From positions 64,001-128,000 of the IMG/VR virus record IMGVR_UViG_3300021254_000021: a stretch of 64,000 nucleotides of DNA; one strand, written 5' to 3'. Under the pieces are notes generated by a model, which searched no databases, had not been told where the DNA came from, and worked only from the letters and a program-made list of their open reading frames with translations. Within the stretch, counting starts at the first letter, position 1; each line of letters begins with the position of its first letter. The DNA is from a virus (taxonomy: Duplodnaviria; Caudoviricetes). A program made the translations under genes and the position numbers. Positions 31,362 to 41,494 of this stretch are shown piece after piece.

Positions 31362-31397
31362 AGCCCCATAAGGATTTTATCTTTGTGGGGCTTTTTT
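31362..31397 (+). terminator. Intrinsic terminator
   Basis: AGCCCCATAAGGAT-ttt-ATCTTTGTGGGGCT-ttttt. Confidence 0.8.
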
Positions 31398-31480
31398 GTA
31401 GTATTGCGTATAATAATCTGTGCTTTAGACACGCTATCTATTCTAAGGTGTGTTTACTTAATTTAGTGTAGGAGAGACAA

Positions 31481-32743
31481 ATGGGTATTTATACTGATTA
31501 TGGCCGTTTTATGAAGGCTAGAGAATTTAAGAATTGGTGTAACAGTGGTGCGGGGATTTGGTTTGGATTCAGTATTGGCTCTCCTCGTTGGGATGAGCTT
31601 GTTACACCTGTGGGTGGTAATTCCCGTCCTTTTGTCCCTCCCTCACAACCCGCCGCATATACCCCTCTATATCGTTGGCACAGACAGTATAAAGCAGACA
31701 AGGATAATGCACATGACTGGCCTTCACTCTATGATCTCCAACCGCAGGAAATGGAGTTATTAGACCGTTCTTTTGGTACGGATGAAGCACCTAGTGGGTC
31801 GGGTTTAACTCCACCATGCTATCCTAATAATGCACAGATAAAGAATGATCCTGACTGTCCTACAGATTATATGTCCCCTGCAATTAACGTGTATCATAAT
31901 GATTCACGAACATTAGAGACGTTTTTGTGGCAGGGAATGGACACACCAACAAGACAATACCCATCCCCATTTATTCCGCCTTTCCCAGTCTCTTATAGGA
32001 AAGACTGGATTTCAAGAGATGATTCTACTGGTATTATCCCTGACTATATTGTGGCTGATCGTGGTGGGTTTGACCCTTCCATAGAGCCTACGGATTCCTC
32101 TCAATATCTTTCCTTTGCCTACAATTACCATATTTATAAAGGAATACACCAAGTAGGTGGACAGCCTGTAAGTGAAGTGCCATTAGGTTTGTTATCCTTT
32201 ATCCAAGGCTCTGCCCAGTTTGTAGAGCCACTAGAAAGAGAAGAATCTGATACACCACTAGACACTATCCGTACCTTTAAATATGGTTCTCATTATTGGA
32301 GAATTGTACAGGACTCACAGATAAACAGAAACAACCTGCCTCACTTTGTTTTATTGACTGTCAGTGTATTTCCAAATGAATTAGTACTGTCCTCTTTAGT
32401 GGAAAACCAACTGCCTGTAAGACAAGTTACCGTATTTAAATTCCCTGATTCCCTCGTACAGACTTTAAATTTAAATATGACTCCTTTACCAAGAAGCTCT
32501 CAGGTTTTACGTAGGGAGAGGATAAATATCGTGACACGTGATCCCTCTACGGGTAATCCGTCCTACCAATATTCGGATGGTAATCCTGATGGAATTGTGA
32601 ATATCCCCATTCATTGTCAGAATCCTTTAGACCCTAATCTTCAGAATAGTGATACCGCAGAGATGCTTATTAACGATTATATGACAGCACGTAAGCGTGA
32701 TGTGCAACAAACAGATCGCTATGGCTACATTATAGGATTCTAG
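31481..32743 (+). CDS. Putative baseplate protein
   Basis: MGIYTDYGR..KA...FGFSIGSPRWD resembles N-termini of myovirus baseplate wedge proteins. Confidence 0.45.
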   Translation: MGIYTDYGRFMKAREFKNWCNSGAGIWFGFSIGSPRWDELVTPVGGNSRPFVPPSQPAAYTPLYRWHRQYKADKDNAHDWPSLYDLQPQEMELLDRSFGTDEAPSGSGLTPPCYPNNAQIKNDPDCPTDYMSPAINVYHNDSRTLETFLWQGMDTPTRQYPSPFIPPFPVSYRKDWISRDDSTGIIPDYIVADRGGFDPSIEPTDSSQYLSFAYNYHIYKGIHQVGGQPVSEVPLGLLSFIQGSAQFVEPLEREESDTPLDTIRTFKYGSHYWRIVQDSQINRNNLPHFVLLTVSVFPNELVLSSLVENQLPVRQVTVFKFPDSLVQTLNLNMTPLPRSSQVLRRERINIVTRDPSTGNPSYQYSDGNPDGIVNIPIHCQNPLDPNLQNSDTAEMLINDYMTARKRDVQQTDRYGYIIGF

Positions 32744-32753
32744 GGGGTTTGGT

Positions 32754-33776
32754 ATGAAGATTAAAACACCAGAATATATAGAATTAGCCACTAACTCTAT
32801 ATTCTCTATGAAACAGGAAAATGAATATTCTACGTTAGTTATTAACTCTGATGCTGATTTACAAGTGTATCAGTTTGACTGTTATTCAATACAAAGTAGT
32901 GATTATATAAATTGTGGCGGTTCTTTTACCTGTAATGGTAGTTTAAAGAGTGGTAGTGCAGAAGTAACATCATTAAAAGTAAAACAAGCAGGAAATGGTG
33001 TAACTCTAAGTAATTTTTCAAGTTCTTTAGTATCTGATGGAAATATAATTCCTAATACTACAGGAGCTTGTGATTTAGGTGGATCTAATTTTAGATGGAA
33101 TAATGTGTATTCTTTAAATGTTGATGCACAACAGATTGATATTATACACTCTATTGTTCCTACCTCTAATAATACAGCAAGCATTGGACAATCATATCAG
33201 AGATTCAACAATGCTTATATAAATCATATTGAAACAACGGATATTACAATACCCTATGGCAGTGATTCTTTTGTGATAAAGGTTGAGAATGGTCAATTCT
33301 CTGTAAATACCGGGATCTACCCAACAGGATCTTTTGATCTTGGTACAGTCTCTAATATGTGGCGTACCCTGTATGCACTGGAGATAGATTTAGATCCAAC
33401 CAATACGGTTAAATTGTATGAGGATGATGGAGATCTTATTCTACAGCCTAAAGTAAATGGAGCGGTCTATATTGGCACATCCACAAATACACATGGTGAT
33501 TTATACGCAAAAAAACTTCATGGATGTCTTGAAACACTTTATGATCCTAATTTTAGCGTAGGTTCATTGGCAGAAATCCAAGTTGCGAATATAACGGACA
33601 GTGCGCCCGTTACCCTAACTCGTGCCTATCTCGTGCAGAATGGCGAAATAACGGAGCTAAATAAACGCATTTCTGTCACCGTGGACGGAGTTGCTGCTAA
33701 TGGTAAATGGCGGATATTGAATAGTGTCACATTCACAGGAACACCTGCTAAAGTCATGGCTGTAAGGGTTGAGTAA
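32754..33776 (+). CDS. Tail fibre / receptor-binding-like protein
   Basis: Repeated P......(D/S)(L/I)G....R(W/F)NN.Y fibre motifs; C-terminal GKWRILN...MAVRVE. Confidence 0.7.
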   Translation: MKIKTPEYIELATNSIFSMKQENEYSTLVINSDADLQVYQFDCYSIQSSDYINCGGSFTCNGSLKSGSAEVTSLKVKQAGNGVTLSNFSSSLVSDGNIIPNTTGACDLGGSNFRWNNVYSLNVDAQQIDIIHSIVPTSNNTASIGQSYQRFNNAYINHIETTDITIPYGSDSFVIKVENGQFSVNTGIYPTGSFDLGTVSNMWRTLYALEIDLDPTNTVKLYEDDGDLILQPKVNGAVYIGTSTNTHGDLYAKKLHGCLETLYDPNFSVGSLAEIQVANITDSAPVTLTRAYLVQNGEITELNKRISVTVDGVAANGKWRILNSVTFTGTPAKVMAVRVE

Positions 33777-33843
33777 GTTTTTAGATGGTGGCGTTATTAA
33801 AAGATAGAAAGAATTATCCTCGCAAGAGATAGGAGTAATATAT

Positions 33844-35373
33844 ATGTCAATAGAAACACTCTCTACATTATTCCCTCTTATAGACGATCCTGCGAATATT
33901 TTTTATTCTAGGCTTAAGTCTTTTTTTCTTTCACAGTTCCCTTCTTTCCTGCAAGTAAAGTGCTTAAATAGAGTGAAGCGTTTGGTAGAGATTCACCTTC
34001 CCTACACTTCACAGATTTGGAAAGTTAAATTTGATAGTAGAAAACTCCCCACTTCTGTTAAGGAAGGGTTAGATCAAGGAAAGACGTATGGAGTTTACGC
34101 AGAGATTGTTCTTAATAAAACAAGACTTGCTAATTATGAAACAACCATGTCTGGTGAGGAAATTCCAGTAGATGAAATTATTTATAGCATTAACAATATA
34201 TACAACCGTCCAAAATATATAGAGTCAAAAGAAAGAGTTTTAGTAGAGGTACGTACAACCAGTATAAGTATCTTTGTTAGAATAAGTAATTCCTTAACAA
34301 AATATTACCGCTATTTCTACGAGGGGTTAGACAAGACCTCTTATAAAGATACATATACCTCTCTTTATAAGCCTGTTATAGGTAGAAAGATCAGATTTTA
34401 TTCTGAGGATCGTACAGACATCGAGCCCGGGCAAGTCGTAGAGTTATGGCAATGGGATCTTTATGATATAGACTCTGATTATAATGAGACTCTAATTGAT
34501 TCCTTCTCTGTTGATAAGGATGCTAGTAATAATATTATCCAAGATAGTTGTAAATCATGTGGATATAAGTATATGTGGCCTCTTACTTATGGCCCATCTG
34601 TGGATCACCCTATACGCCTAACATTCTGTAAGGAAAAATATAGTGCTACTCCTTATGATACATCAGAACCCTTCGAGGTAACGGTTATGGAACATTCATT
34701 TGCTTCTGCAAATGACCCTGTGGACATCTTTCTATACCCTCTAACCGATGCGTACTTTGATAATCGAGGTTTATGTACAGATCCTTTAGGTTGGGTTTGT
34801 AATCATATTCGTATAGGTACTAAAGGAGATGATGTAAGGAGACGATACTATAAAGAGGAGATAGCTTTAGCTCTTTGCTTCTTATTGAATATTAACTTTA
34901 GATTCCTTTATTCCTATTTTGATGCTCCTGATTACCTGTCCTGTATTAACATAAAGACCAATTGTGTTAATGTTCCTCAAGAGGACTTTGGTCGTAGAAT
35001 TACCGTACCTGATAATATGGATAATGGTTATGGATATACACAGTCTTATGCTTTAGCAGAGATGGCTAAGGTTTATTTTGAAGAACCTTTTGGTTTACAG
35101 AGAACGATAGACCCAACTTCCACAAATGTACCATTGGTACAGAATAGTTTGGTTTATGGTTATGAGTCTCCATTTACAAGGTTTAGACAGGAGAATCAAA
35201 ATCTTTTAAATAATATGAGATCCGCTTTTAGTAATGGTGATAATATTTACATTAAATGTAAATATCCATCTACCACAGAAACTCTACATACAATACAGGA
35301 ATTGATTAAGAGTAATCGTATAGAATCTCTCACGTCACCCAACTATATTAATAGTAGCCTTTTATTTGAGTAA
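33844..35373 (+). CDS. Hypothetical protein (structural module)
   Basis: 509-aa ORF with AGGAG RBS. Confidence 0.6.
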   Translation: MSIETLSTLFPLIDDPANIFYSRLKSFFLSQFPSFLQVKCLNRVKRLVEIHLPYTSQIWKVKFDSRKLPTSVKEGLDQGKTYGVYAEIVLNKTRLANYETTMSGEEIPVDEIIYSINNIYNRPKYIESKERVLVEVRTTSISIFVRISNSLTKYYRYFYEGLDKTSYKDTYTSLYKPVIGRKIRFYSEDRTDIEPGQVVELWQWDLYDIDSDYNETLIDSFSVDKDASNNIIQDSCKSCGYKYMWPLTYGPSVDHPIRLTFCKEKYSATPYDTSEPFEVTVMEHSFASANDPVDIFLYPLTDAYFDNRGLCTDPLGWVCNHIRIGTKGDDVRRRYYKEEIALALCFLLNINFRFLYSYFDAPDYLSCINIKTNCVNVPQEDFGRRITVPDNMDNGYGYTQSYALAEMAKVYFEEPFGLQRTIDPTSTNVPLVQNSLVYGYESPFTRFRQENQNLLNNMRSAFSNGDNIYIKCKYPSTTETLHTIQELIKSNRIESLTSPNYINSSLLFE

Positions 35374-35385
35374 GGAGATATAACA

Positions 35386-36081
35386 ATGATAAATTCTGGT
35401 TTAGAATTTACCTTTATTAGAGAAGGGGAGAATTACAACGTACAAGATGTATTCTCTTTCTCCCCACTAGGGAAACATAAAGGAAGTTTAAATTCAGCAC
35501 TAACAGATTCTTATTTTGAATTTCCTTTTTTCAACCTAGTGCAGAATACTCCATTTAAAGTAACTCTTTATAATGAAAAGCCAACAAGTATTGGAATGAG
35601 AGAGTTCTATTTAAGAGAGATTTCTAAGACATGGATAACTCTAGCTAGAATCTATAATGCTATGGTTAATAAAGGATTTACAATTCCTGATAGAATCTCC
35701 TATACTCCGTGCTTTGTACCAAATATTTACTATATAAATAAGTGTTATGAATCATACCTCTTTTTTGAAAATTATGTTGGTAGTGATGGACAGGTAGTAG
35801 CTAATAAAGCGGATTACTTGATCTTTTTTCCACTAATCTTTACGCATATTTCAAATGGATATATCTCTATAAACCCAATGTATATGTTTAAAGAACTAGT
35901 AGATACACTTAGTCCATTTTATTCTAATGTGGAAATGGATTATGAAGTATTCTTATTAACAAAGTCTAACTTTTCTCCTGATAGTTCCCCAGAGTTCTTG
36001 GGACTTCCTGTATTTGAGCTTTCTAAAGGAAATAATATTCCGAATATAATTCCTGATAAATTTAACTTGGATAGGTGGTAA
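35386..36081 (+). CDS. Hypothetical protein
   Basis: 231-aa ORF with AAGGAG RBS. Confidence 0.6.
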   Translation: MINSGLEFTFIREGENYNVQDVFSFSPLGKHKGSLNSALTDSYFEFPFFNLVQNTPFKVTLYNEKPTSIGMREFYLREISKTWITLARIYNAMVNKGFTIPDRISYTPCFVPNIYYINKCYESYLFFENYVGSDGQVVANKADYLIFFPLIFTHISNGYISINPMYMFKELVDTLSPFYSNVEMDYEVFLLTKSNFSPDSSPEFLGLPVFELSKGNNIPNIIPDKFNLDRW

Positions 36082-36084
36082 GCC

Positions 36085-37299
36085 ATGACAAAGATGAAAG
36101 GAAGACGAAAGAAGTTTACTATTTTAAATCAGCTTTATCGTCGTTTTACAAATAGACGGCGTGGGTACACTCCAAGAAAGATAGACTTAAAGAAAGTTAC
36201 ATACCCTTTTTCCTATACTGTAAGTTTGGGTGTAAAATCTTTTCCATTATTTAATGGTATAAATCGTATCTACTCTCTACCACAAACTCTTAATTTACAT
36301 TTGCGTGAAAAAGCATTTCTTCTAGACCAGTATAGCTTTAGTAATCCACAGTCTTTAATAACCTTAGCTTCTACTCTTAGTAAAGATAACATAGCTATAT
36401 GTACATATAGCTCGGATAGTGAGTATATATATGATTTTCCTTTTAGAAAGAAGAGTAGTCTCACTACAATACATTATGATCAACCTAAACAACAAATAAC
36501 GGAGAGATTGTTACCCGGTGTGTACTTTACAAGAGAGCATAGATGGGGGTATACATTGGAATATTCAGATACTATTCATCTTTATGAGAGAGATGTTAAT
36601 GAAGGCTTGGATGAGTCTATGTATTCTGTAAGAGAATCAGCTATTTACATTCCTTTTGATGCGATAGAAACTCCAATCTTACAAGCGTATGTTCCAATAA
36701 GATTGGGTACTAAAGTTAATCTTAGTTCTAGTAATATTAGAAAAACAAGTAATGGTTTTGATATGTGTGTTCCTTTAGATTTACATTCAGATGAGTGTTA
36801 CTGGATGGGAATTAATATTGACTGTAATAAAGAACATAAGGCATCACGAAACTATTCTGAACCTGTATATCAGGCTAAGGACTTCTTAGAAGTAGAATAT
36901 ATTGCTGAGATAGCTAGGCAATACTTTGTTACACAACAAACTACACCAACTTATTGGTTAATATACAGAAGTATAATTGATCCTATTATAACTACAAGGA
37001 CATTTAATTCTTATAAAATGCAAGGGTTTACTAACCTTAATGTTGGTAGTGATATGCAGAATCAGGGTAGTAATGTTAGATCAAAGTATATGTCTTCCTT
37101 AACTAATAGTGCTTATCTTTGTAGTGTTAGGCAGTATGTTTCTTATGGCACTCCAAAATTAGAGGGGTTTATTCTAGGTGAATATTCAAAAAGTTCCGTT
37201 ACTACGGCCTCTTATAAATACTTTAATAAGGAAGCTAGAGAGGCTTTAGAGAGACTTGCTGTACCCGTTGGAGAGCAATTCCCAATTTCTAACTTTTAA
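36085..37299 (+). CDS. Hypothetical protein with very basic N-terminus
   Basis: 404-aa ORF starting MTKMKGRRKK...RRFTNRRRG. Confidence 0.6.
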   Translation: MTKMKGRRKKFTILNQLYRRFTNRRRGYTPRKIDLKKVTYPFSYTVSLGVKSFPLFNGINRIYSLPQTLNLHLREKAFLLDQYSFSNPQSLITLASTLSKDNIAICTYSSDSEYIYDFPFRKKSSLTTIHYDQPKQQITERLLPGVYFTREHRWGYTLEYSDTIHLYERDVNEGLDESMYSVRESAIYIPFDAIETPILQAYVPIRLGTKVNLSSSNIRKTSNGFDMCVPLDLHSDECYWMGINIDCNKEHKASRNYSEPVYQAKDFLEVEYIAEIARQYFVTQQTTPTYWLIYRSIIDPIITTRTFNSYKMQGFTNLNVGSDMQNQGSNVRSKYMSSLTNSAYLCSVRQYVSYGTPKLEGFILGEYSKSSVTTASYKYFNKEAREALERLAVPVGEQFPISNF

Positions 37300-37414
37300 G
37301 AAAAATTTTTAGATTTTATATCTACCTATATGATAGGGGTCTATTCATAAAGAAATTACCTTTTAGCCCTTCGGGGTTTTCTGGTGGCCTCTGTCTATCT
37401 TCTTTAAGGCAAGA

Positions 37415-38269
37415 ATGAGCAGTATTCTTATTGATACTTCTAATCTGTTGTATCGTGGTTATTATTCCTTCCCTAATCATCCTTGTGGAGAAGTTTTCTT
37501 TACATTGACCACAATACGATCTTATTTAACAAACCCTACCTCTCATGTTTACCTTTGTTTGGATGGAACACCTAAAGGTAAACAGATAAATGAGGCATAT
37601 AAAGCTAACAGGGATCATGGAGAGGTTTCCGTTTATCGTTATCTGCCCCAATTGGTTTATATGCTTCAAAACTTACACAGGGTGCATATAGCTTATAATC
37701 CTGATTTGGAAGCGGATGAGGTTATCTTTTCCCTTACACGTATATTAGAGGGGAACAAACTGATTGTATCTACGGATAATGACCTCTTACAGTCTTTAAA
37801 AGAGGACACAGAAATACAGAGACAGGATAAAATAATCAATGAACAGTATTATAGGACGGAGATGGTGCAGAAGTTCCATTCTGTCACGCCATCCCGTTTA
37901 CCTGTATATAGAGCTATTGTCGGAGATAGCTCAGATAATTTAAAACCCCCTGTACCCCGTTTCCCTAAAGAATTAGCCGCGTTAATTGCAGAGAGTATTG
38001 ATTATGATGGAACTGTCCCAACTAAAGAGAGACTGCAAGCTCTTTTTCAGTCTTTTGATAATCTTACTAAGTCAAAGAAAGAAAAGTTAGACCTCTTATT
38101 AGAGAACTATCACAGCTTTAGCACCAACTTTGAAATTATGAAGCTGAATGTGCATACCGATTTAAACTACCCATTCCTAAAAGAGAATCCCATAATACCA
38201 AACTTTCCCTCTGGCGTTATGGGTGTCTTTAAAACAATTAAATTATTGGATGCTAACCAAGAATGTTAG
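37415..38269 (+). CDS. 5'-3' exonuclease / flap endonuclease (T4 RNase H / PolI 5' nuclease-like)
   Basis: LIDTSNLLYR, YKANR, EADEVI, STDNDLLQ, GDSSDN motifs. Confidence 0.9.
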   Translation: MSSILIDTSNLLYRGYYSFPNHPCGEVFFTLTTIRSYLTNPTSHVYLCLDGTPKGKQINEAYKANRDHGEVSVYRYLPQLVYMLQNLHRVHIAYNPDLEADEVIFSLTRILEGNKLIVSTDNDLLQSLKEDTEIQRQDKIINEQYYRTEMVQKFHSVTPSRLPVYRAIVGDSSDNLKPPVPRFPKELAALIAESIDYDGTVPTKERLQALFQSFDNLTKSKKEKLDLLLENYHSFSTNFEIMKLNVHTDLNYPFLKENPIIPNFPSGVMGVFKTIKLLDANQEC

Positions 38270-38529
38270 TTTATTTTATTGGCCTTATAGGAAATTTATT
38301 CTTCGGCTTTAAGTCTTTATTCCAAGTTATAGCCTGTATAAGGAAACATAGCACAAAGGGTTTGTCCACAGGAATGTTGATTACAGATTTCTTAGGGAAC
38401 ATCTTCTGCGCTTCCTTTATTTTTCTTACTACGGGCTTTACTCTCTGGCCTCAATTTGTGAACTATTTCTTTGCAACTCTATGGCTGATTATCCTTTTTG
38501 CTCTAAAGATTCTCTACAAATCTAAGTAA
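38263..38529 (+). CDS. PQ-loop / SemiSWEET-like small membrane protein
   Basis: 88 aa, three TM segments, FQVIACIRKHSTKGLS resembles PQ..k....St.glS. Confidence 0.6.
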   Translation: MLVYFIGLIGNLFFGFKSLFQVIACIRKHSTKGLSTGMLITDFLGNIFCASFIFLTTGFTLWPQFVNYFFATLWLIILFALKILYKSK

Positions 38530-38559
38530 TATAGGGAGTCTTTTAGATGGGAGGTGCTT

Positions 38560-39039
38560 ATGTCAGCTATCATCATATCCGCATTCTTTTGTTGTGGTAA
38601 AACAACATTTGCTAACAATCACCCAGAAATGAAGGTGATTGATATGGAAGGGGAAGATTGGCTTAAAACAAAGAAAGGGGTGTTTAATCCAAAGTGGCCA
38701 AACAACTACATTCAGGCTATAAAAGGAAACCTTAATCAGTACGATGTTATCTTTGTTTCCTCGAATGGTAGTGTAAGGAGTGCATTGGCGAAAGAAAAAA
38801 TACCTTATGTTTTAGTCTATCCAGAGAATACCCCAGAGTGCTATAATGAATGGAACAAGAGGTGTTGCTCTAGGGGAACACCACGTCTTTGGGAATGTTT
38901 TATCTCTACACACTGGCAGAAAGTACTGCATTACTTTAAACAAGACCCTTCGGCAATAAGACACTATAAATTACAGGCTAATGAGTATTTAGACACTGTG
39001 GTTATGAAAGAGTTGGAACTTAGGAATACAGGAAAATAA
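38560..39039 (+). CDS. P-loop kinase-like protein
   Basis: IISAFFCCGKTT Walker-A-like motif; GGAGG RBS before ATG 38560. Confidence 0.6.
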   Translation: MSAIIISAFFCCGKTTFANNHPEMKVIDMEGEDWLKTKKGVFNPKWPNNYIQAIKGNLNQYDVIFVSSNGSVRSALAKEKIPYVLVYPENTPECYNEWNKRCCSRGTPRLWECFISTHWQKVLHYFKQDPSAIRHYKLQANEYLDTVVMKELELRNTGK

Positions 39040-39040
39040 A

Positions 39041-41494
39041 ATGGCTTATACACTATACCCTACACAGGAAAAGGCATTAGAGAAACTTTACACTATGAGA
39101 TCTGCGGTAATTGCTCTAATGCCTGGTAATGGCAAAACGATTATCTCTTTACATTTAGCAAAACACCTTCAAGATAAAGAAGCTGTCTGCACAATATTCT
39201 GTATTCCTAAATCAGCTAGGGCGGCGTTTGAAAAAGAGATGAAGCTAAAGTTGGAAGCTCCATACCTTATGATTAATACAGACAGTCCCTTAGAGGATCG
39301 ATCTCTCTTATATAAGTATTCCTTTATCTTTATCGAGTTTTCTGTCTTAGGCAATTATATTGATGATTTGGTTGAGCTAACTAAAGTAACTCCCTCTTAC
39401 ATATTCATAGATGAGGCTCATGCCTTATGTTCACCTAAATCAGCACAAACTACATACATGAGAATGATACGGCAGAATTGTAGAGGATGTTATGCTATTA
39501 GTGCTACCCCTTTAGTCACTTCTATAGAAGGATTGTTCCATCTTTACAGTTTTACTTTCCCAACTGTAAGAATATTTCAGTCTTGGTTTAAATTTCGTAA
39601 TCAATACTGCATTACGCAGGATAGAACCATAAGGATGATGGGGAAGAAAAGAATCATAAAAGAGATTGTTGGTTATAAGAATATGAAGGAGCTGAATGAT
39701 ATTCTGGATAAAATAACGATAAAAGGAGCTACTGAATATGATGTAGATTACCAATTTAAAAAAGTTCCATTAGATGATGATAGATTAGAGCAATATAAAC
39801 TAGCGGCTAAAGGATTATTGGTTACAGAGGAAGAGAAGGAGTGGGGGCCTCGACTTCATGATCTTCAACGTGTCGTAGATGGTTTGCCACAAAATGAAGA
39901 GCCTGTTAAGGAATACAATAAAACACGCTTACTATTAGACACTGTAAAAGAGATAATGGGTAGGAATGAAGCTACTCTTATTTATGTAGAATATATGGAC
40001 ACCATAGATTACTTAAAAGAGATACTAAGTAATCATAAGGATGAACTGAACTATAACTCTATTATGGTTTTGTCTGGTCAGGAAAAAGAGGACAAAAGAC
40101 AAAAGATTGAGCAGGAATTATCGGACAGGGATATTGTTATTATCACCAAAGCAGGAAGACAGTGTTTTGGTAAAGGAACAGAAATATTGATGGCAGATGG
40201 AACTATAAAGAAAGTGGAGGATATAATAGTAGGTGATCAGGTAATGGGAATGGACAGTAAACCTAGAGTAGTTAAGGAGTTACATTCAGGAATTGATGAT
40301 CTTTATATAGTACATCAAAATAAATCTAGTGATTATGTAGTAAATTCTGAGCATATTTTAAGTGTACGAAATACTATAAGATATAAAGTGAGGGTTAATA
40401 AAAATTCTTATTTACATCAAGATGTTTTGGACTTACCTATTAAGGAGTATATGAATCTTTCTTCTTATAAAAGAACGGTATTACGTGGATTTAAGACAGG
40501 TTTTTTAGGAGAAGAAAAAGATTTACCAATACCACCGTATATTTTAGGTATATGGTTAGGTGATGGTACGAAAAAACGTCCAGAAATAACCATAAATAAT
40601 AAGGATATAGAAATATATAATGAATGGAAATTTTATGGAGAATCTATTGGACTAGAAGCTACAATAGAAGATAAACGAGAGAAATCTTTTAGGAGTTATT
40701 TAACCTCACATATAAATGGAAAGACAAATCCATTTACACAATTAATAAAAAAAGTAATTGGAGAGGAAAAAAATATCCCTGAAATATATTTAACATCTTC
40801 ACGTAAACAAAGATTGGAGCTACTAGCAGGTTTGATTGATACAGATGGTAATAAGCATAGAGAAGGGTTAGCTATATCTAGTGTATTTCCACAAATAGCC
40901 TTTAGCATAAAGAGACTTTGTGATGGGTTAGGGTATCATACACACATAAAAAAAAGTTATAAAAAAACAGCATATAAAGAGTCGTATATTTATACTATAG
41001 GCATCTCCGGGTATTTTGATGATTTACCTCTTAGGATAAAAAGAAAGATTCCTGAAAAAAGAAATCCCAAAACGGACTATGCGGCTTCCTCTTTAAAGAT
41101 AGAATATAAAGGAGTTGGAGAATTTTATGGTTTTGAAATAGAAGGTGATCCACATTTTCAGTTAGCTGATGGAACTATTGTACATAATTCGAGAAATTTG
41201 CAAAGGTCGAATAACCTTATTATGTATAACATTCCTTATTCCTTATCCGACTTTATTCAATTATCAGGACGGATTTGTCGTGTAGATACCACCTTCGACA
41301 AACAACACTTTTACATCTTAGAGGTGGAGCAAACTATCGACTCTTATCGTATAGCACTCTTTAAGGATCATCTCTCTTTATTAGATCGTCTTTTAGGTAA
41401 AGAGTGTAGGGGAACATTAACCTGTGATTACGTAGAGATAGACCGTATGAAGATGAAAGATTTGAAACGGTCTTTATTATGGAGAACAAGATGA
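39041..41494 (+). CDS. SF2 (SNF2-like) helicase containing an intein
   Basis: PGNGKT, DEAH, SATP, Q..GRICR; motif V AGRQ|SRNLQ split by the intein. Confidence 0.9.
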   Translation: MAYTLYPTQEKALEKLYTMRSAVIALMPGNGKTIISLHLAKHLQDKEAVCTIFCIPKSARAAFEKEMKLKLEAPYLMINTDSPLEDRSLLYKYSFIFIEFSVLGNYIDDLVELTKVTPSYIFIDEAHALCSPKSAQTTYMRMIRQNCRGCYAISATPLVTSIEGLFHLYSFTFPTVRIFQSWFKFRNQYCITQDRTIRMMGKKRIIKEIVGYKNMKELNDILDKITIKGATEYDVDYQFKKVPLDDDRLEQYKLAAKGLLVTEEEKEWGPRLHDLQRVVDGLPQNEEPVKEYNKTRLLLDTVKEIMGRNEATLIYVEYMDTIDYLKEILSNHKDELNYNSIMVLSGQEKEDKRQKIEQELSDRDIVIITKAGRQCFGKGTEILMADGTIKKVEDIIVGDQVMGMDSKPRVVKELHSGIDDLYIVHQNKSSDYVVNSEHILSVRNTIRYKVRVNKNSYLHQDVLDLPIKEYMNLSSYKRTVLRGFKTGFLGEEKDLPIPPYILGIWLGDGTKKRPEITINNKDIEIYNEWKFYGESIGLEATIEDKREKSFRSYLTSHINGKTNPFTQLIKKVIGEEKNIPEIYLTSSRKQRLELLAGLIDTDGNKHREGLAISSVFPQIAFSIKRLCDGLGYHTHIKKSYKKTAYKESYIYTIGISGYFDDLPLRIKRKIPEKRNPKTDYAASSLKIEYKGVGEFYGFEIEGDPHFQLADGTIVHNSRNLQRSNNLIMYNIPYSLSDFIQLSGRICRVDTTFDKQHFYILEVEQTIDSYRIALFKDHLSLLDRLLGKECRGTLTCDYVEIDRMKMKDLKRSLLWRTR
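40163..41188 (+). mobile_element. Intein (342 aa) with LAGLIDADG homing endonuclease
   Basis: Starts CFGKGTEILMADG, block B VNSEH, LGIWLGDG and LAGLIDTDG motifs, ends IVHN followed by Ser+1. Confidence 0.95.

Noticed and set aside
24537-33776. Diversity-generating retroelement or invertible tail-fibre system
   Set aside because: No reverse transcriptase, template/variable repeat pair or invertase seen; the only serine recombinase is the IS607 TnpA.
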